Source: Neodothiora populina (taxonomy: Eukaryota). From it: a DNA stretch of 64,000 nucleotides. Of the stretch, positions 47,397 through 59,168 are shown one piece after another. Numbering within the stretch: the first letter of the stretch is position 1; every line of letters begins with the position of its first letter. The notes under the pieces are model-generated. The model had not been told where the DNA came from. It saw only the letters and a program-made list of their open reading frames with translations, and searched no databases. Both the position numbers and the translations under genes were made by a program. The stretch lies in assembly GCF_041146345.1 (NCBI RefSeq), contig NW_027191410.1, forward strand, positions 1,054,001 through 1,118,000, written 5' to 3'.

Positions 47397-49879
47397 CTAA
47401 GCAATCTCCATTCCTTCATCGTCAAGGCCCTCGTCTTCCTCTCCTACGGTGGCGATACTACCTAGCCTCCGTTTCCTACCATCGGTGCCATACAGGCCTC
47501 CGAGACCACCAAGTCGAGCACCGCCCAAGGCGCCGACAGCTTCTAGCTCATCGCCACCGACAACCCTTCCCTCTGCATCGATCTCTTCACAGAGCTCGAG
47601 CATGGCTTCTTTGCTCAGACGCTTGAACGAGTCGGTTCGCACGACACGGCCCCAATGGGTCATGCAGAACGAAGCGGCGCGGCGTTTGAGCCAATGCTCT
47701 TGCGCTATTGAAGCTTGAGCGAATATGAGAGCGGCGTGTTGGATGTCGAGCTCCCGCGACAGACGAGCCACGCACAGATGATGTAGTCGAGGCATATCAT
47801 AGATGTTGCTCATCACAAGCATGCCCGCCACATCCTCGAGAGATGGGCAGGGGGTTGCTGAAGGAATCCCATGCGGCGAGCTGGAGGCTGGGGCGATGCT
47901 GTCAGTGTAGAGATAGTAAAGAAAAGCTCGAACGGCAGAGTAAGGCTCGGGTATGTGCATGGTGTTGGTATGAAATTCGATCGTCTTGTGTGACAAGACA
48001 CGTTGAAAGTGGGGCCATCGAGCCGACAATATGAATCGATGTACGTGAATTGGTCTGGAACGATTGGCAGATTTGTCGGTCGCACCCAGAGCAGCGGAGT
48101 TGGCAGTCTCGTATTCGACGCGTTCGCCATATTCGTAATCGTCATCGTCGTGTTCGGCAGTGATTATGTAATCAGCACCAGAGCCAAGCTCCGGGGGGAT
48201 ATCGAAAGTACGAGCGAGGTCGGCTCCGATGGCTGACAGATGCGAAGGAATGTGACTGTCTGAGTTTGGGATTGCAGTGTTCTCGATGCGTGACTCCGTG
48301 GTCATCTTATTGCCCAACAGCCCTAGTTTTCTCAGATCAAGGTGAAGCACGTCACTAAGATACTCCTCGGATTCATTGTTCTGGCCATTCCTGGCTTGAT
48401 TGGGACATCCTAGAAGCCATGCGTTGGTGCCGTCAGCATCGAGACAGCAGTAATGCCAACGGTAGTTTGGGTTGAACAAATGTTTTCCATCGGCAAGCTT
48501 TTGCCAGCGAAGAGTGTCGAGATCGAATGCAGAAAGACTAGTCTCCAGAGCAGAAAGTGGACTGGCGGGGGTAACAAAGTCAAGTAGGCATCCCGAGGAG
48601 AAGACGTGGAAGTGAATACCCACATTCTGGACGGGCAGATTGGGGCTGGAGATGAACTTCAATGAAGAGATGGAGCCGGGAGCCATGGGGACGTTGCGGT
48701 TAATCATGTGACCGGGAGTCATCTGCACGCTGCTAGAATTTGCAGTGTAGCCACCCTGGGGCATGGGTGGAGGCTGTCCGAGATTGGCGCTTCTTGCGAA
48801 AGAAACTGGAGGCTGAGACTGATCGCTCGAGGCACTCTCGAAGGCAGGGATCCCTTTGAGGTCAAGCCACCATATCTCAGAGGTGCGCTCCATCTCTTCC
48901 GTCATACCACCCGAGACCCACAGTCGACCTCCCCAGATCCAAGTCGAGTGGTCGTACCTGGGGACGAAGCGCCAGGGCCTCGACCAGGTCCACGTCCTGA
49001 GGTCGAGATAGGAAATGTCGTCGAGTACAGAGTTGTCATGTCCGGTCATACCACCGCTGATGAACAGTTTGTCATCATGAATGACGGCCGAGTGCCTTGC
49101 TCTTCCCCTCGGTGGAAGTCCATGGATTTCGGGCTGGGTCCAGTGGGCGGTAGTGAGGTCGAAGATGATGACGTCGGAGAGGTGTGCTCTATGCTCGTTC
49201 TCGCCTCCAAAGACCAGGAGTTTATCACTCTGCCATAGACATGCTGTGTGGCCTATCACGAGGGGTGGGACATGGTCAGCCGAAGAAAAATAAAAAGCAC
49301 CTTGATGGACAGCGAAACATCCGGATCCGGGGAAACTCACCCATTCGCACGCCGGGGATATCGCCATAATTGTCCACCAGGTTCCACTGTTTGGCATTTA
49401 GATTCAGCCGTAAGACGTGATTGTATACTGTTGTGGGAAGTGGTCAGTATATATGTCAAGTGCTGTGGCAGTTCTTGCATACCTTCGTCGGTAAACTGGT
49501 CGAAGCCGCCGAAAGCGTAGATCTCATCTTTTCCAACATAAGTCACCGAGGCATTGACCAGACAGGCAGGCCTCTGGCCGACAGTAGTGATTATCTTGGG
49601 TAAATATGGTTCATGAGTTCGCTTCTTCAAGGTCTTGCGGGGGCTTCCCGACATGACATGGGTATTGTTATTGGAGGCGGCAGCAGTAGGGAAGCGGACT
49701 GCAGCCGAGGATGACGATGGAGCGGCAGCTGCAGAAGAAGAAGATGCAACAGCAGCGGTGGAGTCGGCGAGTTGATCTGTAGTAGGCAATGCTGCTGCAG
49801 GATGGGTAGATTGATTGAGAGAGAAAAGATTGAAAGACACAGGCAGCGACAGAGGGTTGGTGCTGGATGAGGCAGCCAT
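47397..49879 (-). CDS. Kelch-repeat + BTB/POZ protein (LZTR1-like architecture); introns 49428-49482 and 49253-49340; start codon uncertain
   Basis: Kelch blades IYAFGGFD, LLVFGGENE, LFISGG and LWVSGG; BTB motifs IHVHRFILSARWPHF, AFLYYLYTD and YDMPRLHHLC. Confidence 0.85.
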
Positions 49880-50291
49880 AACGGAACAAAGAACAGAAGG
49901 GTATAGTATTGTATTACGTGAATACGCTCGGGACGAGCACGACGGACATAACTCTGGAGAGAGCCTGTGCTGCGGCAACGATGTGGAACTGTGGATTGAA
50001 AACCTGTGCTTTGGCTTATGCCGGGCGGTGGAACGAACGTCAAGGATTGCACAATTACTGCGCTACTGGACTTGTACCTTGCCTTGGAACAGTCAAGGTA
50101 CCTAGGTAGCTGAAACTACAGAGGCAAGGCACCTCAAGGTTGGTTGGTTGGAGGTTGGTGGTTGGGTGGGACGCGACCGGCTCCAAGTGAGGGCGCAAAA
50201 GAAAGCGTGATGGGATTGGGACGTGGTGTGATGAGATATACCGCACCAAAAAGCAAGTCGGGGTCAGCTGCCAAGAGACGTTGGAGATTGA

Positions 50292-50322
50292 TGACGGAGT
50301 GACGGAGTGACGGAGTGACGGA
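50292..50322. repeat. Tandem 8-mer (TGACGGAG)x~4 in the divergent kelch-BTB/CDC20 promoter
   Basis: Read directly: tgacggagtgacggagtgacggagtgacgga. Confidence 0.8.
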
Positions 50323-50631
50323 ATTCATATGGGGAAGGCGCTACCGCCGCGGTTGCCAGGACAGTGTTGACAGGCTCGAGCTCCTTCCTCGTCTTTTGGA
50401 CTCCTTCTTAAGGACGATTCATGGCTGCTATACTGCTCCTTCTTTCTCTTCTCACCTCACAATCCCACAATCAAATCATACCATAACATCCTACTACGAA
50501 GTCTTCGGGCTTCGCACCATCTACGGCTACTGCAAATACTCTGCAAACATACTAACGGAGCTCTTAATTGAGACATCTAGGATCCACCAACCTACCAACC
50601 TTACAGCATCATCACACACATCTCAGCAGAT

Positions 50632-52473
50632 ATGGCAACCCCATCAGTACTCACCCCCATCAAACGCCGTGATGGTCTCTTCTCCACTCGTTTCGCCGGT
50701 GGCCGCGTCCCCCTGACTCCTTCTCCTCAGACTCCCAGACAGCAGGTCGTCGAGAACAGCGAGTCGATCCACACGGGCGGCAACCTCTTCGCACGCTTCT
50801 CTCGCTCCGTCTCAAAGACCAATGTCCGTGACTCCCCCAAGTCCAACATTGCCAGACACAACTCTCCCCGTCGCCTGGAATTGGGAGTCTCTGACTGGAA
50901 CCTCACCGGCACCGGCCCTGCGCCTGCTGCCGCCGCTGCCAAGGCCACCCCTTCAAGAGCAAGGAGCATCAAGAACGTCAAGAGTGGAAAGAGCAAGATC
51001 AACTACAACACCGCCGACCGTTTCATCCCCAGCAGATCGAACAGTGACGCCGTCTCCAAGTCGGGAGTGAGCAAGAAGGACAAGGAGTCTCGTCCCAAGT
51101 CCAGCAGTGAAGCCTCGGTCTTTGACCTTGGCGGCCGTCGTGGATCCGACGACGATGCCAACACCATCTCTCTCGACGCCCTGAACCTCGACGACGATGA
51201 GGATGACAAGCCTTACAACAACAACAACAACAACAACAAACCTTCTCCCAAGACTGCCGCTTACCAGTCTTCTGTTGCCGATGCTTGCGGAATCTCGCTG
51301 AACCAGAGAATCCTCGCCTTCAAGCCTGCCGCTCCCGAGTCCTCCAGACCCATTGACCTCCGTTCTCAGTACAACCGCCCCATCAAGCCCAGCGCTGCTG
51401 CCGGTGCCCAGTTCCGTCGCCGCGTCTTGACTGCCCCTGAGCGTGTCCTCGATGCCCCTGGTCTCGTCGACGACTACTACCTCAACCTTTTGGACTGGTC
51501 CTCTGGCAACCAGGTCGCCATTGGTCTCGAGCGCTCTGTCTACGTCTGGTCCGCAGAGAGCGGTTCCGTCAACTCTCTCCTCGAGTGCAGCCCCGACACC
51601 TACATTTCATCTGTCAAGTGGAGCCAGGACGGCGCCTACGTCGCTGCTGGCCTCGGCACGGGTGAGGTTCAGATCTGGGACGTCGAGGAGGGTACCAAGC
51701 TCCGCAGCATGCACGGTCACGACACCCGCGTCGGTGTCATGGGCTGGAACAAGCACCTTCTCTCCACCGGCTCCCGCTCTGGTCTTGTCTTCAACCATGA
51801 TGTCCGCATCGCCCAGCACAAGGTAGCCGAGCTCTCTGGCCACTCTGGTGAGGTTTGCGGTCTCGAATGGCGTGCCGACGGTGCCCAGCTCGCTACTGGC
51901 GGTAACGACAACCTCGTCAACATCTGGGACGCTCGCTCTCTCAACGCCCCCAAGTTCCAGAAGACCAACCACAAGGCTGCCGTCAAGGCTCTCGCCTGGT
52001 GCCCTTGGCAGTCCAACCTTCTCGCCACTGGCGGTGGTTCCCACGATCGCATGATCCACTTCTGGAACACCACCTCGGGTGCCCGCACCAACAGCATCGA
52101 CACCGGTAGCCAGGTCACCTCGCTCAAGTGGTCCACCTCTTACAAGGAGATTGTCAGCAGCTCCGGCTTCCCCGACAACAGCTTGAGCATCTGGAGCTAC
52201 CCTACCCTTGTCAAGAACGTCGAGATTCCCGCCCACGAGAGCAGAGTGCTCCACTCCTGCCTGTCTCCTGACGGACAAATGCTCGCCACTGCCGGTATGT
52301 GCTTTCTTCTTTTCCATTGCGACATAACCAAAAACTAACGAGTGACAGCTGCCGACGAGTCTCTCAAGTTCTGGAAGGTCTTTGAGAAGAAGGCCGGCTC
52401 TGGCTCTCTTGCCTCTGGCAACAGTGTCAGCAACACCAAGGCCACTCTCTCCAAGGCCACCACTATCCGATAG
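50632..52473 (+). CDS. CDC20: APC/C co-activator Cdc20 (Slp1/Fizzy); intron 52295-52348
   Basis: C-box DRFIPSR, Mad2-binding RILAFKP, PERVLDAPGLVDDYYLNLLDWS and a WD40 propeller. The spliced C-terminus AADESLKFWKVF...TTIR* gives the IR tail. Confidence 0.95.
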
Positions 52474-52997
52474 ATGGCTCGGTAGCAGCACAGAAGCACG
52501 GCGGTGTGGTCTCACACACACATTACTAACCAACAACAAGACGACTTTCCTGAGCCAGACTCCAATTCGTGAGGCGGAGGTGGCCAGGGCAATACAAAGT
52601 CAATGCATGATCGAAGCGAGTATCAAATACAGAACGGCTCGTTTGAAATTTCGCAAAATACAGACGGGTCGTTTTTGTTTCCAATAAGATGCTGGGATAC
52701 GAAACGGCGCAGGCGTTCTTTCTTCTGGTTCCATGATGGTTATTGGATTGGGACCCCAGGATTGGATTTTGTTAATTACTGCTGTTGTCGCCATTGTCCT
52801 CTGTCTCATCAGACAAGACCGCTCATGATACCCCGCTTTGATTGTTTTTTGTAGTTTCTATATTTGCGTAATCATTTGAAGTTCATTCTTAATCTTGTGC
52901 CTTGCTTGCTTTTCTTATCTGAAACGACATTTAACGTTCTCATCAACAGTGATCTTGCCAGTAATCATAAAAAACCCTACACCATTGCGCAATGCCT

Positions 52998-54464
52998 TTA
53001 CCTCATCTCGCTGCGCAGCTGTACAGCAGCCAGTCTCTGATTCCTGAGATCGTCAAGCACAAGAAGAACACTCTTGGCACACTCCTCCTTGGCTCTTTTC
53101 CGCCCATAGATATTACGCACCGTCCCGATCGGGCCCTCAAGATCCGGGTCGCCAGGGAAGAAAGCCGAGACGTTGACATAAGGCGTTGTCATCGCCGTCT
53201 CTGTTCGTGAATCGGCTATAGTAGCGGCAGTGGTGCCGGCGTGTGCTTCCTCTCCTGATCGTACATGCGATCGAGGCAGCAGTGGTTGAGCCGGCTCGTA
53301 TCTGTACTGTGGTACATCGAGCCCGAGGGTCGTGCAGAGCGATCGTATCTGGGAGTGGGGTGATTCTTGCTGTCTTTCACTTGTTCCTGGCGGCTCGAGC
53401 TGGGCGTGGCGGTGCGACGTCTGGGCTTGGGTTTTGGGAGCCGAGGCTGGGGTTTGGGGCGGTGAAGCTCGCTTTGCTGGTGGAATTGGTTTCGCTGGCG
53501 GAGTTGTCTGGTGGAGTGTGCATGGACTGGTCGATGGTATTGCGTAGTGAGCTTGACGGGATGGAGTGGACTGTGCAGAAGGGGATGAAGGTGACGATGA
53601 GGCGGTGGTGGTGGTGGTGGTGTATGTGAGGGGACCACTATTAGCCGACAACCCTGTCTCATGGAGATGAGCAACGATCTTTTTCGCTAGACTTGTCTTC
53701 GCCGCTTTCTTAGAGGGGAAGAAATCGAAGACGTCGCCGAACGTCATCTTCCTGTCTTTCTCTGGGTCGGTGCCTTGCTCCTCGTCAGTGGAGTCTCTGC
53801 CTCTCTGTCCAGCGGCAACAGAAGAAGAAGGAGAAGAAGGAGAAAGAGCCAAGGTACACGTAGCCGAAAACCCGACTTCTTTCGCGGGCGCCTCAAAGAA
53901 CCGGAATTCCGGGGCCGGCAATCCGCTCGTCTGGCAGAAATGATTCAAGATCCCCATCCAATTCCGAGAGTTGTCGATTTCAATCCCCTTGGGGACTGCC
54001 GCTGATTTGGAGGGTAAAGGTCGACTGGAGAGAAATCCGACGCCTAGACTTGCCAACGCGTCTTTCGCGGCTTTTTTGGTGCGGAACGCGGTATTCGGTT
54101 TCGTCGAGAACGTCGCTATGCTTTTGTTGTCATCACTATGGTCATGGCCGTTGTTATTCTCTCCGGTAGTGGTGGGAGCAAGAGTGAGACGCGCAGTGAA
54201 TAGCTGCGGCGCCACTTCTTCATACCCAAAGACTGGAGTCAAGAAATGCACTTGACACAGATGGTTCAGCTCCGGTATGAATTCTGCTCTGGGCCGCGTA
54301 GCCAGTGGAGTTGGGCCTGGTGTCGCTTCGTCTGCTGCTGGGTCACCCCTTGAAGTAGACGACGACAGTGAGGGTGGAGAAATAGCATGTTCGGATTCCC
54401 GTCCCGTCTGCATTGTACTCTCTGCGACCTGACGAGCGTGCATTTCGGCTTCGAAGTCGTTCAT
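52998..54464 (-). CDS. Protein with three dsRNA-binding-motif (dsRBD)-like domains and no catalytic domain; likely start MNDFEAE at 54464
   Basis: Three alpha-beta-beta-beta-alpha-like units: ELNHLCQ...FTARLTL...TKKAAKDALA; ILNHFCQTSGLPAPEF...FSATCTL...SKKAAKTSLA; IRSLCTTLGLDVPQY...GRKRAKEECA. Confidence 0.75.
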   Translation of the reverse strand: MNDFEAEMHARQVAESTMQTGRESEHAISPPSLSSSTSRGDPAADEATPGPTPLATRPRAEFIPELNHLCQVHFLTPVFGYEEVAPQLFTARLTLAPTTTGENNNGHDHSDDNKSIATFSTKPNTAFRTKKAAKDALASLGVGFLSSRPLPSKSAAVPKGIEIDNSRNWMGILNHFCQTSGLPAPEFRFFEAPAKEVGFSATCTLALSPSSPSSSVAAGQRGRDSTDEEQGTDPEKDRKMTFGDVFDFFPSKKAAKTSLAKKIVAHLHETGLSANSGPLTYTTTTTTASSSPSSPSAQSTPSRQAHYAIPSTSPCTLHQTTPPAKPIPPAKRASPPQTPASAPKTQAQTSHRHAQLEPPGTSERQQESPHSQIRSLCTTLGLDVPQYRYEPAQPLLPRSHVRSGEEAHAGTTAATIADSRTETAMTTPYVNVSAFFPGDPDLEGPIGTVRNIYGRKRAKEECAKSVLLVLDDLRNQRLAAVQLRSEMR

Positions 54465-55275
54465 CCTCGGGAGACTGAGGCCTGGGCTCCGGATGTGGGA
54501 TGTAATCATTTGAGAGCCTTCGAGGAGAATGACGGGATGGATGGGTGTCAATGTTATATCTCTGCTGTGGAAGAGAGGATCCGACCTGACCTGACCGGGT
54601 CTGGTTTGGTGTATGTAGACTCTAAAGACAAGTCATGGCTGTGCAGCTCAAGCGAGCAGCTAGCGAGGGGCTCAGAGGACGTGGTTAGATGTCTGCGCCT
54701 TACTTGCCCTGCCTGCATGCATGGATTGATGTGGCGCCACCTGATGCGTCTTCGTTGGTTGGTTGGATGATTCGATGGTTGGTGTCTATCTTAATTGGCT
54801 GGTTGATACTCAGCTCTTCGCTTGTATAGCTAATACATATCTAGTAATTGTCATTGAGCCAAAAAGGACCTCAGCCAACTATTCTCACTCGATGAACAGA
54901 CATAACAACCACTCGGCTACTAACCGCGCGCGCAAGCGGTAGGCTATGGATCTCTCAAGTGCAATACAGTCGACACGATGATTCACCATCTGATCTCTGA
55001 GTGAGAGGCTTTTCGGTTTCTGATTCATGCATCATTCTCGGCAGGCGGCTACAGATGCTTGCTATACCATACGATAAATAGTATACACGATGTTGCAGCA
55101 ATGAGCCTCTTGGCAGTACTGGCCCCGCTATCTATCGACCTTGCGGCTATTTGCCTTACTTTTGCATCTCTGTTCATGTGCAGTATGTATCCTGTCGCTG
55201 GTCAAGGTATAGTAAGATAAGGTAAGGTACGTACAGGTTCTGATCGCAATTTGAGGTTTTTGAATGCGGGGTTTT

Positions 55276-55296
55276 ATATATATATATATATATATC
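55276..55296. repeat. (TA)n microsatellite
   Basis: Read directly. Confidence 0.85.
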
Positions 55297-55632
55297 CATA
55301 TACAGTATGGTAGCTAAGTTCGGGACTTGCACTCGATTTCTTTTGTTGTGTGCAGCATGGAAAAATGCTCTTCTGCTGCCCATCAAATGGCAAAAGGCTG
55401 GCATGAGCTGGCGATGAAGGTTTCATCAATTTGTCTGACGAAAGACAATGGTTCTTGCGCGAAGGAAAGCTCGCTATGATTTCAACAACAAAAAGTCCGA
55501 CGTTTCCAAACCCCCCCCCCCCCCCCCCAACCCTGTCCTGCTTATCAGGGGTATCATTCTTTTTTTCTTTCAAACAGACGCCAGTATTTCGAGCAGCAAA
55601 AGGAAAAAAAGGGTAAAACCGAGAAAGAAAAT

Positions 55633-56722
55633 CTACTCGTATTGTCTCGAAGATCGTGGATCATCCGCCATGGACTTTTTGAATTGTCTCTGTTCTCGCG
55701 TGCCCAGACTGCCGACGCCGCCCTCGTTTCTTCGTTCCCAGCCGCCGAGTCGCACGACCAGCGCTGTGGCGTTGTCGGCTTGTCCGCCTCCGATGCCCGT
55801 CGAGAGCGAGACCAGGTCTTGTGATGCTTGAGCTGGGGTGCGCGCCTCTTTGACGACGTCGACGATTTCTTGATCCTCGAGTGTTCCGGACACACCATCT
55901 GACACCAGGACAAGAAAACTGTATTCTGATGCGCGCATGTCGACGGTGCGAATCTCGGGTTCTGCAGAGACGCCAATGTGTTTGGAGCCGATATCACCAA
56001 AGGCACGGGAGTTGGCGAGACCGAGGACTCGTTCCTGGCCGAAAGAGTCTGTGATGAAGGTGGCGGCGTAGCGACGGAGTCGGGTGGCTTCTATAGGCGA
56101 GGATGGATGGTGATCGGTGGTCATGGCCACAGCCCTGCCGTCGTCGACACGGCAGAGCAAGATGCGAGTATCTCCGCAATGTGCTGTGATGATGGTGGCG
56201 GGAGACGCGGGATGCCAGTACGGTGTCTGCGTCGGTGTGGATATCAGGGCTATACTGGCAGTGCTGCCACCCTGGAACCTCACAGTGCCTCCAATCGGGG
56301 CGGACAGCATGTTTGTGAGATTCTGGGATGCAGGTCTGGAGGGATGCGAGAGGATGTCGGTCTCGTTTATCGGTCTGTCGGAGATGACTGGGTCATCATG
56401 GTCTGTAGACGAATTGGAAGGGGTGTGTTTTACTGATTGAGCAGATGTAAAGTCAAGGTCGGCATGCAAAAAGGCGTACGTCAGAGCTGCTTCTATGCTG
56501 TTCGCCGGCTTGTTCTTCTCGTTGGGCGAAAGACGTGAGGAAACGCGACTGCGGGCAGAAGTGTTGTGCAATAGTTCGGTGAAGTATTCGGGACGGAATC
56601 GTTTGAAGTAGCCTCCCACGACATCTCGCCAGGCGTTGACGAGACGTCGCTGCAGATCGCCAATGTCGGCCTGAGCTGGCGTGTCGTTTTTGTCTTTGTC
56701 TTTTGCCGCTTCTTGTCCTTCA

Positions 56723-56760
<38 letters not shown>

Positions 56761-57417
56761 TTCCTCTTTTGTTCCTTTGTGACTGTTGTCCAGAGTCGAG
56801 TGGACTCCGAAAGCGTCTACAGCGTCCTCGACATATCCATGCAAGCGATCTCGCAGAAACTCACTGCACTCGGTTCCGCCATGGCCGTCAAAGACACCGT
56901 AATAGAAAACCTGCGGGTCTCCACTCGCACGCTCCGCCACTTGATGTTCCTGAGCCGCCGGTCCTCCGCGACGCGTCAGAGAGATGGGCTGTCGTTTCGC
57001 AAAAGCCGGGACTTCGATGGTGCCAGCCTGGTGTGTGTCCTCGTTGTATGGACGACTGCCTCGAGCGACGCCGATGCCAAAGTGGTGTTTTGCCGACTTC
57101 AACGGTATGCGCACGACGGTCGTGTCTCGCGCCACTCCCACCGTCGGACCGACGGGAGGGATCTTGATCGGAGTGCGGTTCGGCTGTCCATCAAAGGGCG
57201 CGGAATCCTCGCGTGGCAATTTGTGGTGGTTGATCTGAGGCGGGGCGCTCGGATTGCCACTGTCGGGATGTAGCGAAGACGAGGGGAGGTGGGCGACGAA
57301 ATAGTCATGAAACTGCCGGGTGGATTGACGCTGCTGTGGATTCTGACATGGATAGGTATGAAGCTGCGACCTGCGCCGATACTTTGACGCTCGGCAGACA
57401 CATGAAGAAGGTCGCAT
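55633..57417 (-). CDS. PTC6: PP2C-family phosphatase, mitochondrial Ptc6/Aup1-like
   Basis: Arg/Ser-rich presequence; RGSRPYNED, YGVFDGHGG, GGSTAS, AHCGDTR, LANSRAFGD, VSAEPE, LVSDG and DNAT motifs; polyQ insert. Confidence 0.85.
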
Positions 57418-59168
57418 TGCTTGTGGTGGAGACGAGAAAGCTGGGTGGCAGTCAAGGATTGCACTGTATATCTACTATGACTGTCGATCGATGGAGAAGT
57501 ACAAGTAGATGTCCTGCACATGCACGCTACGGGAAGCGCAGGCATGCGCCGACGATGACAATCACTGCATCAAGGGCAGTTGTTTCTTATTTTCTTTTCT
57601 TTGCTTTTCTTTTTCTTTATTATACACGTGAATGAGAGAGTGCGGAGGCTGCAGAAGAGGGGCAATAATGCAAAAGGGAGTGCCAGGTTCAAGCATTAAA
57701 AAGGGCTTAATTGGATTCTCTGCTGCTGCGCCTGCAAGAAAGCATTTGACCCGTCCGTTTTGTCCCACCTTGATTTACCGTCTTAGGCCACCCTCTTAGC
57801 TTGGGATTATTTACCTTACCCAGAAATGTTGCACAGCTTCCACTGATCCGCGGCACGTTTTTGTCTTTATGAAAGACCCTTGGACTGACTCGGAGCGCCC
57901 GTGGACACGTACATACAGCATGACGTACGGCGGTAGCCACGGACCTAAGCGTGTCAGGTCCGGACCTTGACTCCAGCTCACATGTGAATGACTTTCCTCA
58001 CCCTGGATTACTTGACTTACAACAGAGTATCTGCCAGTCAAGAGCACCGGGCTGCTACATGATCTGGCCGGTGATTCAAACAGGAATCAGAAGACCGCGG
58101 CAGCCCTCGAGAAGGAATATGCAGGCTACCGCCAACACCACCACGACCACCACCACTGCCTCCCAGCAATCTCTCATCTTATCGTAACTTCGAGACCAAC
58201 CCGTGAATACTCCAGAGCACAACGAAACACTATGCAAGTCCAGGAGATCCCTGTATGCCTGGAGGAGACAATGCTCACTCAGCACCCGCCCACTTTGGCC
58301 AGGTCCTCTTCCCTAGCCTTCGATGGCAATTGCGTTAGAGATGGAGAGTATGTCGAAAAGCATAGAGATCTGTCTCGTATGATTGCGAGGATTTGCACCT
58401 TCCTATTATCCACTTATTCCGCTCACTTATGTAACCAACCTCTCAGAGCCTTTCTGTACGCCTTGAATGACAAGGTATGTTCATTCACCTGTTCACTCGT
58501 GTCCTTCATGTGACGAGGCCGATCTCATCAATCTAATTGAGTCGTCCACTCTAAGGTAGTACTGTTCCATACATGTAAATCTAGTATCTCAAACAACATG
58601 AAGAGAACAAGACTGCCGGCTGTCGGTATACCACAGACGTCCGGTCCTCTCCTCCCTCGCCATCATCACTTCTCGTGCCGGTGGTGTGTGTCATGCCCTG
58701 CCCTATCTCAGGGGCCTTTCCGCGATCTCTCGAACTCGGGATATCATGACGAGAAGTATAGGGTGCTTCACAGACAGATATAATGACGTTGAAGTCTTGG
58801 AAATCTCTTTCTATCCTAAGGAGAGGACAGGCACCCACTGTTAGCGAGCGCTCTCTGTTCGCGTCGTAAAGGTGTTACTCTGGAGTATATTGGTGTTGAG
58901 AAAGGCGGATGGCATCTTACACGCACATCATGGTTGCTGTTTTCTTCCATCTTATGAGATGGGCCGTCTTGTGACTCATTACTACTTTGAGGGGTCACGC
59001 GCTTTGGTACCTTTGCCTGATAATTAATATCCAGAGGTGCATGATGATCACACGATGAAAGTGAAGCTTCTCCAAAGGTGTTCTACGCCGGGAATGAAAG
59101 CACATCCATCTCCATCGCCTTCAAACCATCCCATACCACGCAATGAATGATGGCATGAGTGAATCTGT

